DNA from: Gammaproteobacteria bacterium
Lineage (GTDB): Bacteria > Pseudomonadota > Gammaproteobacteria > JBIOEC01
Reading direction: 5' to 3'
Length of the DNA stretch: 32,000 bases
Assembly: GCA_965279305.1 (NCBI GenBank)
Contig: OZ257143.1
Coordinates: 270,001 to 302,000 of the forward strand
The number at the start of each line of letters is the position of its first letter. Position 1 is the first letter of the stretch. Below the pieces are notes generated by a model, which saw only the letters and a program-made list of their open reading frames with translations, did not search any database and was not told the origin of the DNA. Of the stretch, positions 1-7,321 are shown piece after piece. A program made the translations under genes and the position numbers.

Positions 1-824
1 CCTGCCACTATTAAAGCAGCCAGTTTAGGCTTAGATAAAGCCGCCCTTAAATTGGGCGAGGTATTTGAACTCTGGTTTTCATGCACACACCCTAGTGAAT
101 TTACCTTGCATGGAAATAGGGAAGCGGCAATTGAAACCATGTGAGCCATTATCACTAACACTCCTCGTTCGCTAACATCTCTTGATCTGTCCGATAATGA
201 TATTGGTCACGAAGGTGCATTGCCGCTTATTTTACTATTAAAAACGCCTACTTTACGCTCATTAAATCTTTCGGGTAACAATATTTATCGAGGATTTTCG
301 CATATTTATAATCAAACCTGGTATGGGCAAGATGTTATGCATTTAGGGAACGCATTAGCAGAAAACACTTCGTTAAAATCATTAGATTTATCTTATAACG
401 CCGTGGATATTCGCAGCCGATTTGTAGTGGAAGGTTTGGCAAATGGTTTAGCGCGAAATAATTCGATTGTTGATTTGAATTTAGCGGGTTGTGGTATTGA
501 TTTAGGTGCTGGTAGTAATTTTCCGGTATTAACTAAAGCGTTAGCAAAAAATACCAGTATCAAACGATTAAATTTAGCGAATAATAATATTGATCGTGGC
601 GGTGCCGATGCGTTGATAGCCATGTTACAAGGAGCTGCATAATGGCTGATATAAATAGAACCATAATTGATTTAGATGTGAGCGGCAATGATTTTGGTGC
701 CGATCAACTCGAACAAATTCAAAAATTAATTGCACGCAATCAAGAATTGGCCGCAGAAAATACTAATACTTCTCGTGAAGCACCTGCACCTTCACCTTCT
801 GGCCCACGCGCAACACCTAGTTAA
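1..824 (+). pseudogene. Fragmented eukaryotic-type (ribonuclease-inhibitor/NLR-class) leucine-rich-repeat protein gene; 5' end outside window
   Basis: Frame 1 is open from nt 1 (..HGNREAAIETM), hits an in-frame TGA at 142-144, then continues AIITNTPRSLTSLDLSDNDIGHEGALPL... About 28-aa LxxLxLSxNxI(G) repeats run to TAA 640-642. The same repeat register resumes in frame 3 from ATG 642 (ADINRTIIDLDVSGNDFGADQLEQIQKLI) and ends at TAA 822-824. That is two lesions in one ancestral ORF. Confidence 0.6.
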
Positions 825-840
825 TTTTCTTTGGCTAACA

Positions 841-2175
841 CTAAAACACCCAGCTTAGAGCAATACTCACAATATTTGCATTGCCTTCGTAATCGCCAGA
901 AATCGTTTGTTCCAATTCATTAGCACCACCTGCTGGTAATGTATGAGAATCATCAATACTCGCATCTCTAAAGAAAACATGACCGTAAGCCAGATCCACA
1001 CGAATATCATCAGTAAAATTATATCCTGCGCCTACATTTAATAACACACGATCGGAATCAGGAATGGTAGGATTTCTAAATTCATCTCGCACAGGACTTT
1101 GATCGTAAGCAACACCACCACGTAACGTCCATTGACGTGTAGGTTTAAATGTTGCGCCTAATGCATAAAACCAGGTGTTTTCCCAATTTTCTATTACGGT
1201 ACTGGTGGTTTCAGTACCGGCATTATTATCAATATTCACCGTTAAATCTTTAAAACGACTCCAATGAGTCCATTCAATTTCAGCTAACAAAGCCCAGTAA
1301 CGATTAATGTCATGATGAAAACCTAAATTAATTTTTTCTGGTGTAGTAATATCGGCTGTTGCATGTCCTGTAAATAATGGTGCAGTGGCTCCTGCACCAT
1401 TTGCTTGTGCTCCACCCGAAAGAGTGTGATCGATTTTAGAAATAAAACCTAAACCCACACGTGTGTGTTTAGTAAATTCATAAAGCGCACCTAATGTGTA
1501 ACCGTATCCCCAATCATGTCCTTTTACCTGACTTTTAAATTGTGCAGGAGGAAAACCTGATCCAGGAACAGGCGACATTTGTGTTAGTGTGGCTCTGATG
1601 TATTGTGCTTGAAAACCAGCAGCAAGCGATAAATGTTTATTAAAACTTAATGATGCCATCGGATTAATATTGATGGTTTGTAATTTTGAATCAACACCAA
1701 AAAAACGACCTTTCCAATCATTATCATAAGAAGTTGCTAAACCCCACGGCGCAGTAATAGCTAAACCTAGCTTTACCATGTCGCTCATATCCCAAGCAAT
1801 ATAACCAGCAGGAATAAATGCATCTTGCCCTATTCCATTGGCATGATTCGATCCTGAAATAGGAACCGTGGCTACAGGAGTTCCACCCACAATAACAGTT
1901 TGTGTACCATTTAAATTATGGGCTTTAATATCCGGAAAAATTTCGGTACCGGAAAGATAAATGGAATTATCTTCGATCATGGCTAATGTGGCAGGATTAA
2001 ATCCGATGGCTGAAATATCTTCATTTGAGGTGCTAATACCGGCGTAGGCATTTCCCATTAAACTGGTGCTAGATTCTCGAATAGCAAAACCAGATGCAAT
2101 GGCCTGAAGGCTGATAACACTGGTGCTAGTCGCTACTAAGGCTGCCATTAGTCCGATAAAATGTGTGCGGTTCAT
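841..2175 (-). CDS. fadL: Long-chain fatty acid outer-membrane transporter (FadL/TodX family)
   Basis: 444-aa ORF from ATG at 2175 with GGAGG just upstream. Signal peptide MNRTHFIGLMAALVATSTSVISLQAIA, then SGFAIRE. Beta-barrel-like alternating pattern and a terminal aromatic residue (..ALSWVF). The ORF-track extension to 2319 runs over the tRNA promoter and fragment and is not used. Confidence 0.85.
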   Translation of the reverse strand: MNRTHFIGLMAALVATSTSVISLQAIASGFAIRESSTSLMGNAYAGISTSNEDISAIGFNPATLAMIEDNSIYLSGTEIFPDIKAHNLNGTQTVIVGGTPVATVPISGSNHANGIGQDAFIPAGYIAWDMSDMVKLGLAITAPWGLATSYDNDWKGRFFGVDSKLQTININPMASLSFNKHLSLAAGFQAQYIRATLTQMSPVPGSGFPPAQFKSQVKGHDWGYGYTLGALYEFTKHTRVGLGFISKIDHTLSGGAQANGAGATAPLFTGHATADITTPEKINLGFHHDINRYWALLAEIEWTHWSRFKDLTVNIDNNAGTETTSTVIENWENTWFYALGATFKPTRQWTLRGGVAYDQSPVRDEFRNPTIPDSDRVLLNVGAGYNFTDDIRVDLAYGHVFFRDASIDDSHTLPAGGANELEQTISGDYEGNANIVSIALSWVF

Positions 2176-2215
2176 ATAGCCTCCCTGCTTATCTTCAGAG
2201 AGTATAGACGGTAAT

Positions 2216-2245
2216 TTCGACCTGGCTCTAACTTTTTGGTATAAT
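2216..2245 (+). promoter_or_regulatory. Sigma70-type promoter with extended -10 (TTCGAC-N18-TGgTATAAT) upstream of the tRNA-Ser locus
   Basis: TATAAT at 2240-2245 preceded by TG at 2237-2238; TTCGAC at 2216-2221. The predicted start (~2252) lies ~15 nt before the truncated tRNA copy at 2268 and ~147 nt before the intact tRNA. Confidence 0.5.
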
Positions 2246-2267
2246 TCTTGCCCCTGGAATGAAGTCC

Positions 2268-2292
2268 GGAGAGATGGCCGAGTGGCTGAAGG
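2268..2292 (+). repeat. Exact 25-nt duplicate of the tRNA-Ser 5' end (acceptor strand plus D-arm); not a functional tRNA
   Basis: GGAGAGATGGCCGAGTGGCTGAAGG is identical to 2399-2423. Sequence diverges at the next base (G vs C), and no anticodon arm, T-arm or 3' acceptor strand follows. Confidence 0.9.
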
Positions 2293-2398
2293 GTGAGATG
2301 CGTAGCATCGAACGCCCAAACCTGGATGGTTTGGGCAGGTCTGAAGCGCAGCCAGGATGGCGAAGCGTCACAGACCAGCCTGTGAAAATTTGTTTTTA

Positions 2399-2489
2399 GG
2401 AGAGATGGCCGAGTGGCTGAAGGCGCACGCCTGGAAAGTGTGTATACGGTACTCCCGTATCGAGGGTTCGAATCCCTCTCTCTCCGCCA
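2399..2489 (+). tRNA. tRNA-Ser (anticodon GGA), CCA encoded
   Basis: The cloverleaf folds by hand. Acceptor GGAGAGA/TCTCTCC; D-arm GCC-GAGTGGCTGAA-GGC; anticodon stem CACGC/GTGTG with loop CTGGAAA; long variable arm TATACGGTACTCCCGTATC; T-arm GAGGG-TTCGAAT-CCCTC; then GCCA. Close to my recollection of E. coli serW/serX. Confidence 0.95.
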
Positions 2490-2496
2490 TATAATT

Positions 2497-2522
2497 AAAA
2501 AGGCTCCTTTAGGGGCCTTTTT
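2497..2522. terminator. Rho-independent (potentially bidirectional) terminator after tRNA-Ser
   Basis: AAAAAGGCTCC-TTTA-GGGGCCTTTTT: a GC stem with one G.U pair, flanked by an A-tract and a T-tract. Confidence 0.7.
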
Positions 2523-2647
2523 AATTATCAGTATTGAAATGATTTGAACCCTCGAATCAAATAAGTTGGGTTCGACAAAATTGCCAGGAGCAATTTTGGA
2601 CGCGCAAAGCGCGCCCGTAGGGCGAGGCGCAGGAAGCGCCGAGTCAC

Positions 2648-2665
2648 TCCCTCTCTCTCCGCCAT
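2648..2665 (+). repeat. Exact 18-nt duplicate of the tRNA-Ser 3' end (att-like scar)
   Basis: TCCCTCTCTCTCCGCCAT at 2648-2665 is identical to 2473-2490. Partial T-arm copies sit in between: GAACCCTCGA (inverted) at ~2545-2554 and GGGTTCGA (direct) at ~2567-2574. Confidence 0.85.
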
Positions 2666-2701
2666 TTAGTAATATTGTACAATCTTTATAAACCGATTTT
2701 T

Positions 2702-4945
2702 TCAATTGATTAACTGCCATGAAAGATCCCTTTGCAAATGATAATGCTTTTTATTTTTTGGATCGATACACATTAATTTTACCCAACCATTTTTAAATAA
2801 TTTCTGCAATACTGCCTGTGCTGCTATAATTTTATTTATTTTTTCAACAGGCGCATATACTACTGTTAAAAGGCGCAATATTTGGTGATAAGGTTTTACA
2901 TCCGTTTTATAAATTGATTGTAAAGGTAACCCCGGCATTAAATCACTCGCATTCCCTTGCATAATACCCATTTTACCTTGAATATTATGAGTTACTTTAC
3001 TACCGCTTCCATATGAAATATTGTTTAAGGTGGAAAAAAGATATTGGGTATTAATCCACTGTGCTACCACCATGGGTGCTGTTAAAATAGTAGTCAACGA
3101 TGCATCATCAGGATCTTGTTCCCAATCATAAGAATGCATAAATGCTCGTCCTTCCAAGTCTATATCACGTGTCAAAGAGCGAGGAGCCACTATAAAACTC
3201 GCATTTCCAGACAAGCCCCATTCAGGACGTGTTTCAGCCCAATCGGCACTTCTTTTTAAAGTATGCACCATACTATTTTTATTTTTTTTATAACCTAATT
3301 TTATAGAGCGAAAATGAACATTATATTGACGAGCGGCTTCAAAATCGTTTTTGAGCTTATTTATTTTATCCGAAAAATCATTTTCTTTATTATCTTTGTT
3401 AATATAAAAAACCACTTCATCTGTGGTTGTATTATGTTCGGCTGCTATAAAGGTTGTAAACTCAGGAATATTAATATTTTTTGATTTCAAAAAACTCCGC
3501 ACTTCAGTCGAGTTTAATATTGTTGCGAGAATTTTTGCATTGCTTCCCCCATGTCTGCCTGCACATGCTCCACAATCGAGAGAGCTAGCATAAGCATTGT
3601 TTTGTGTGCTGCTGCCATGCCCACAGAAGACAACTAAAGGAGCAAAGTTTGTTGTAAGCCCCATCATTTTTAACGCATTCTCTGCATAATTACATTGATC
3701 ATCAAAAGGGATCCCCTGATGATTATCTGATTCGTAAGACAATAAAGATTCTAACGGTAACTGAGGGCGTAAATATGCGATCACTTTTTCTTTAAGCGAA
3801 AGCGACTTTGTTGGGAAAAAAGTTCGTAATGCCATCCATACACTATCCCAAATACCTAATATTTCCACCAAAGCAAATGGCGTGGTAAATGTGTACTTAA
3901 GTGATTGATAAGCACTTTTTATCATATTAACGCTATTTTTTCCTTTACGTTGCCGATTTATTTCTTTTTGGGTTCCTATTGGTTTTTCTTTTACATGATG
4001 CTTAGGCATAAGCAATACAGGACAAGAAGCATAAGATTCTCCTGTAGCCAGATTATCTATGCAGGTGGGGATTCCAAAAAAACCTGCAAATCCAAAGGTA
4101 TCATAGTGTCCTTGTTTTTCTAAAGCTCTTCGAAAAGGCTCAGATCTAACATCGATACAAAAAACTACTTGGGCTTTTGTTTCAGTCGTTTTGGATGAAA
4201 AAGAATTTTCTGGCTGCTTAATAAGCTTATTTACTAGCGATGATTGATATTCATGCTCATTATTTTCAATTTCTCTAATCGTTTTATCTATTTTATTAGC
4301 TTCATTTTTGTTTTTTTTGTAAATATTAATAAGCTCTACTGCTTCAGGATAGAGCAAGCACGTTATCATAATACGAACAGCCAAATACTCTACCTGGCTG
4401 ATAGGATAGGAAAAATCGGATTTTCCTTGAGTCCATTCATTGGTGAATTTTATATAACCTGCCCATCCTGGTAATGTTGTTAGCAGTAAAGTTAAAAATA
4501 ATCCATATTCTGATTCAGGCACATAAAGTTTTTTAACACATTGAAAAATAGCTTCTTCCGATTTTTCCGGGAGCGAATTCAGCCATTTAATTTTTTCTTT
4601 GTTTCCACGATGTAGTGAAGTATCAAAAATAGCAAGCTTTTTCCACGCTTGATAAAAACCTAACGATCGATAAGGTATTGCTATTGTGGCTTGTCCATCA
4701 TCATAAAAGGATTGACACCATTTAATGGTTTCTCTATTGACTGCCTGCATGGACGAGCTTAATGAAGTTTGCTCGAAGTGAGCAAATCCTTCTAACAGAG
4801 CTTCTTCCAAAGGAAGATTTTCAAAGCCATGCAAAGGATTGCAGGCAATTAGGTTTTTTAAAGGCCATAGTGGCATTATTTTTTCCCAGGCTATGTCTGT
4901 TATTTCATTAAAATTATTTATATTTTTTTCTATTTTGTTTTCCAT
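2702..4945 (-). CDS. dabA: DabA (DUF2309/PF10070), beta-carbonic-anhydrase-like subunit of the DAB inorganic-carbon pump
   Basis: 747 aa from ATG 4945 (AGAGGAA RBS), 10 nt after the dabB stop. Contains PLWPLKNLIACNPL, VVFCIDVRSEPFRR (C-x-D) and FCGHGSSTQNNAYASSLDCGACAG (His then Cys 15 residues later). These match the proposed Zn-ligand pattern of DabA. Ends in TGA at 2702-2704. Confidence 0.85.
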   Translation of the reverse strand: MENKIEKNINNFNEITDIAWEKIMPLWPLKNLIACNPLHGFENLPLEEALLEGFAHFEQTSLSSSMQAVNRETIKWCQSFYDDGQATIAIPYRSLGFYQAWKKLAIFDTSLHRGNKEKIKWLNSLPEKSEEAIFQCVKKLYVPESEYGLFLTLLLTTLPGWAGYIKFTNEWTQGKSDFSYPISQVEYLAVRIMITCLLYPEAVELINIYKKNKNEANKIDKTIREIENNEHEYQSSLVNKLIKQPENSFSSKTTETKAQVVFCIDVRSEPFRRALEKQGHYDTFGFAGFFGIPTCIDNLATGESYASCPVLLMPKHHVKEKPIGTQKEINRQRKGKNSVNMIKSAYQSLKYTFTTPFALVEILGIWDSVWMALRTFFPTKSLSLKEKVIAYLRPQLPLESLLSYESDNHQGIPFDDQCNYAENALKMMGLTTNFAPLVVFCGHGSSTQNNAYASSLDCGACAGRHGGSNAKILATILNSTEVRSFLKSKNINIPEFTTFIAAEHNTTTDEVVFYINKDNKENDFSDKINKLKNDFEAARQYNVHFRSIKLGYKKNKNSMVHTLKRSADWAETRPEWGLSGNASFIVAPRSLTRDIDLEGRAFMHSYDWEQDPDDASLTTILTAPMVVAQWINTQYLFSTLNNISYGSGSKVTHNIQGKMGIMQGNASDLMPGLPLQSIYKTDVKPYHQILRLLTVVYAPVEKINKIIAAQAVLQKLFKNGWVKLMCIDPKNKKHYHLQRDLSWQLIN

Positions 4946-4955
4946 AATTTCCTCT

Positions 4956-6299
4956 TTAATATTTATAATCATTTTTATGTGTGGTAATGGTTTCAGGATG
5001 CGGCTGGCTTGCATTGAGAGCTTTTACATAAACCCAAGATAATAATCCTGATAAAAATCTTGATTTACTATTTATTGAATATCTTAAAAAGTTTGCTACC
5101 CAAAAAAATGTCAGCAATATGATTGCTATGATATGAATGAAATTAATGGGTTGCGGCTGCATCAAATCCAAGGGTTTAAGAATGACTTGAATAAGTTCAA
5201 CACTGCCTCCATAGGCAATACCCAGTAGAGATGCCATAAACAAGGCTATGGGAAAGCGAGTGAGTCTATTTTTAAGTAACACGATACCTAGTTGTGTTCC
5301 TGCGATCCAAGCAACAAAAACTAGCACTAATGTAGAATCTAATTCTATCCATGTTTTTTCTGTAATTAAAGCAAATCCGTAAGCAGTAGCAATACCACAA
5401 ATCATGGCTAAAACTAGTGATGTTATGTGAGGCCTGCTCATGACAGGCAAGCGTTTTTCTTGAGCGGCGCTACCAGAAGCGAGAAATAAATAGCCTTTGA
5501 AAAATCCATGCCAGCATAAATGTGCAACCGCTGCTGGAAATAATCCTAGACTGCATTGCACTACCATAAAACCCATTTGAGCCATGGTTGAACACGCTAA
5601 CATTCGTTTAACATCATTTTGCATCAACTTCCATAATGTTCCTAAAATAGCGCTAAAGATCCCTATTACAAAAATACCTGTTAAAAAATGTGGAAGTGAA
5701 AAATAAAGCGGAGCAAAACGAACTAATAAAAACCCACCTCCATTAACCAAACCAGCATGCATAAGAGCGGAAACCGGTGTGGGTGAATTTAACGAACTTA
5801 AAAGCCAGCGATGAAAAGGCCAGATCGCTGATTGTGTCATTGCTGCTATTGTTAAAAGTGCCAAGGAAATAGATAAGTGGTAAGAAGATGCAAATGAATA
5901 CGTTAATATCGATTGAATTGAGGTGCTATTGCTTTGATAGGCAAGCAAGACAAGCCCGATGGCTAGACAAACAAAACCCAATCCTAATGTTTTAGCCGCC
6001 AGTAACCCTGATGCACGACTGGCTAGCCATTCTGGCTTATGTATCATGAGTCTGACCAACAATGTATTACAGCTTGCCCATAAGGCCAAAAACAAATAAA
6101 TATTATCTGCGCAGACTAATCCAATGACTGATAACACCAATAAACTTAACTGGATCATAAAAGAGCGATAGAGACGATCCCCCTGCATATATCGGCTGGC
6201 AAATACGCCAATAACGATACCTAAACTAACCACCAGGGTAATCATGACTATAGAAAGGCTATCCATATTAAAAATAGTTTTTAAATACTGAGTCATCAT
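4956..6299 (-). CDS. dabB: DabB, NuoL/MrpA/NdhF-like proton-conducting membrane subunit (PF00361) of the DAB pump
   Basis: 447-aa polytopic membrane protein with AAGGAAAAGA RBS. NuoL-like core motifs (WPFHRWLLSSLNSPTPVSALMHAGLVNGGGFLL; MLACSTMAQMGFM). Sits immediately upstream of dabA in the same orientation. Confidence 0.85.
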   Translation of the reverse strand: MMTQYLKTIFNMDSLSIVMITLVVSLGIVIGVFASRYMQGDRLYRSFMIQLSLLVLSVIGLVCADNIYLFLALWASCNTLLVRLMIHKPEWLASRASGLLAAKTLGLGFVCLAIGLVLLAYQSNSTSIQSILTYSFASSYHLSISLALLTIAAMTQSAIWPFHRWLLSSLNSPTPVSALMHAGLVNGGGFLLVRFAPLYFSLPHFLTGIFVIGIFSAILGTLWKLMQNDVKRMLACSTMAQMGFMVVQCSLGLFPAAVAHLCWHGFFKGYLFLASGSAAQEKRLPVMSRPHITSLVLAMICGIATAYGFALITEKTWIELDSTLVLVFVAWIAGTQLGIVLLKNRLTRFPIALFMASLLGIAYGGSVELIQVILKPLDLMQPQPINFIHIIAIILLTFFWVANFLRYSINSKSRFLSGLLSWVYVKALNASQPHPETITTHKNDYKY

Positions 6300-6330
6300 T
6301 CTTTTCCTTGTTTAGCTATTCACTTGCGTC

Positions 6331-6359
6331 AGTATAAGTTCCTTGATAGAATAAGTTAA
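6331..6359 (-). promoter_or_regulatory. Candidate dabBA promoter (TTAACT-N17-TATACT on the minus strand)
   Basis: Read by eye on the reverse complement. The -10 is at 6331-6336 and the -35 at 6354-6359, directly abutting the dyad at 6360-6374. Confidence 0.3.
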
Positions 6360-6374
6360 ATTAATTGTTTTAAT
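6360..6374. promoter_or_regulatory. Candidate LysR-type (T-N11-A) binding dyad ATTAA-N5-TTAAT in the dabB/lysR divergent region
   Basis: ATTAATTGTTTTAAT is an interrupted dyad containing T-N11-A. It lies between the divergent dabB and LTTR genes, next to the putative -35. Confidence 0.3.
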
Positions 6375-6394
6375 CTTAACTATTAGAAAAACTA

Positions 6395-7252
6395 ATGAAT
6401 ATTGATACCATTACCCTACAGTCTTTTTTGACACTGGCTGAAACTGGCCATGTCACTAAAACTGCTGAAAGAGTCGGTCGTACCCAGTCCGCCGTTAGCC
6501 AACAAATCGCAAAGCTGGAAGAATCCCTTGGTAAGCCCTTATTTATCCGCGGTAAATCCTTGGTATTAACGGCTGAAGGCGAAGTATTTTTAGGGTATGC
6601 CCGCCAAATTTTTGAGTTGCATAGAGAAGCCATAGACCGTTTTAAAAAACCTGAGCTGGAGGGTACTGTTAAGTTTGGATTGCCAGAGGATTTTGCCAGC
6701 GTGTTTTTGGCAGATGTTTTAGTGGATTTTATTCGGATCCATCCTCGGATCTTGCTTAATGTGGAATGCGATTTAACGTTAAATCTTTTCGAACATTTCA
6801 AAAAAAAGGATTTTGATTTGGTTCTCGTTAAAATGAACCGTCCGCAAGATTTCCCCAATGGGGTTGATGTATGGACAGAACATTTAGAATGGGTTGGAGA
6901 TGTGCATTTAATTAAAGAAGATAAGACTAAACCGATCCCACTCGTGCTTTCTCCCCACCCTTGTGTTTACAGGGCAAGCGCCATAAAAGCATTAGAGGAA
7001 GCCGGATTACCATGGCGAGTAGTATTTTCTAGTCCTAGTTATGCAGGAACCCTTGCTGCTGTTAAAGCCGGATTGGGAATTACCGTTGTTCCGCGAACGA
7101 TGGTGCCTCAAGAGCTAAGCACTATCTCTACTCCTCATTTACCTCTACTCAGTGATATACATGTTTCCCTGTTAAAGCATCAGGCGAATAATCCTGTTAT
7201 TAATTCATTTGAGGAGTTTGTCTTAAAAAAAATAAAAACCTCAAAAATATAG
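6395..7252 (+). CDS. LysR-family transcriptional regulator, divergent from dabBA
   Basis: 285 aa with an N-terminal wHTH (LQSFLTLAETGHVTKTAERVGRTQSAVSQQIAKLEESLGKPLF) and a C-terminal substrate-binding fold. Arranged divergently from its probable target operon. Confidence 0.9.
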   Translation: MNIDTITLQSFLTLAETGHVTKTAERVGRTQSAVSQQIAKLEESLGKPLFIRGKSLVLTAEGEVFLGYARQIFELHREAIDRFKKPELEGTVKFGLPEDFASVFLADVLVDFIRIHPRILLNVECDLTLNLFEHFKKKDFDLVLVKMNRPQDFPNGVDVWTEHLEWVGDVHLIKEDKTKPIPLVLSPHPCVYRASAIKALEEAGLPWRVVFSSPSYAGTLAAVKAGLGITVVPRTMVPQELSTISTPHLPLLSDIHVSLLKHQANNPVINSFEEFVLKKIKTSKI

Positions 7253-7321
7253 ATTTGCTCTAATTGAGAAATAATTCTCGTATCAAAGAAATATTACGAT
7301 TTAAATGCCTAGATATGCCAA

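Noticed and set aside
142-144. TGA read as Trp or selenocysteine rather than stop in the LRR gene
   Set aside because: dabA (2702-2704), minD (23280-23282) and the O-methyltransferase (27438-27440) all terminate at TGA at the expected protein ends, so TGA is a normal stop here. No SECIS-like hairpin follows. The gene also carries a second lesion, the frameshift at ~640.
393-623. 76-aa minus-strand ORF inside the LRR gene
   Set aside because: It is antisense to a region with clear LRR periodicity on the plus strand. It has no RBS and a low-complexity composition.
642-824. 60-aa ORF as an independent, translationally coupled gene (TAATG overlap)
   Set aside because: Its sequence continues the LRR repeat register of the upstream frame exactly (..NRTIIDLDVSGNDFG..). 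A frameshifted tail of the same gene is the more economical reading, although expression is not excluded.
2176-2319. 48-codon N-terminal extension of the fadL ORF in the track (start at 2319)
   Set aside because: The internal ATG at 2175 has a GGAGG RBS and is followed immediately by a typical signal peptide. The extension overlaps the tRNA promoter and the 25-nt tRNA fragment.
2268-2398. A second intact tRNA-Ser, tRNA-Sec, or an intron-containing tRNA (the spacer begins GTGAG, reminiscent of a group II intron 5' end)
   Set aside because: After 25 identical nt there is no anticodon arm, T-arm or 3' acceptor strand. The 106-nt spacer is far too short for a group I or II intron, and I see no domain V-like element. 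The 8-bp acceptor and 6-bp D-stem geometry of tRNA-Sec is absent.
2172-2720. 182-aa minus-strand ORF spanning the tRNA-Ser locus
   Set aside because: It lies entirely antisense to a tRNA gene, its duplicated fragments and a terminator. It has no RBS, and its Arg/Pro/Ser-rich composition is what GC-rich RNA-structure DNA yields when translated.
3905-5042. Plus-strand ORFs 3905-4123, 4244-4474 and 4839-5042 inside dabA/dabB
   Set aside because: They are antisense to a well-supported DabA/DabB reading frame. Their Phe/Ile/Leu-rich translations are typical of AT-rich antisense frames.
6376-6858. 160-aa minus-strand ORF overlapping the LysR gene
   Set aside because: The plus-strand frame has an unmistakable LTTR wHTH and effector domain. 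The antisense product is basic and low-complexity, with no start context.
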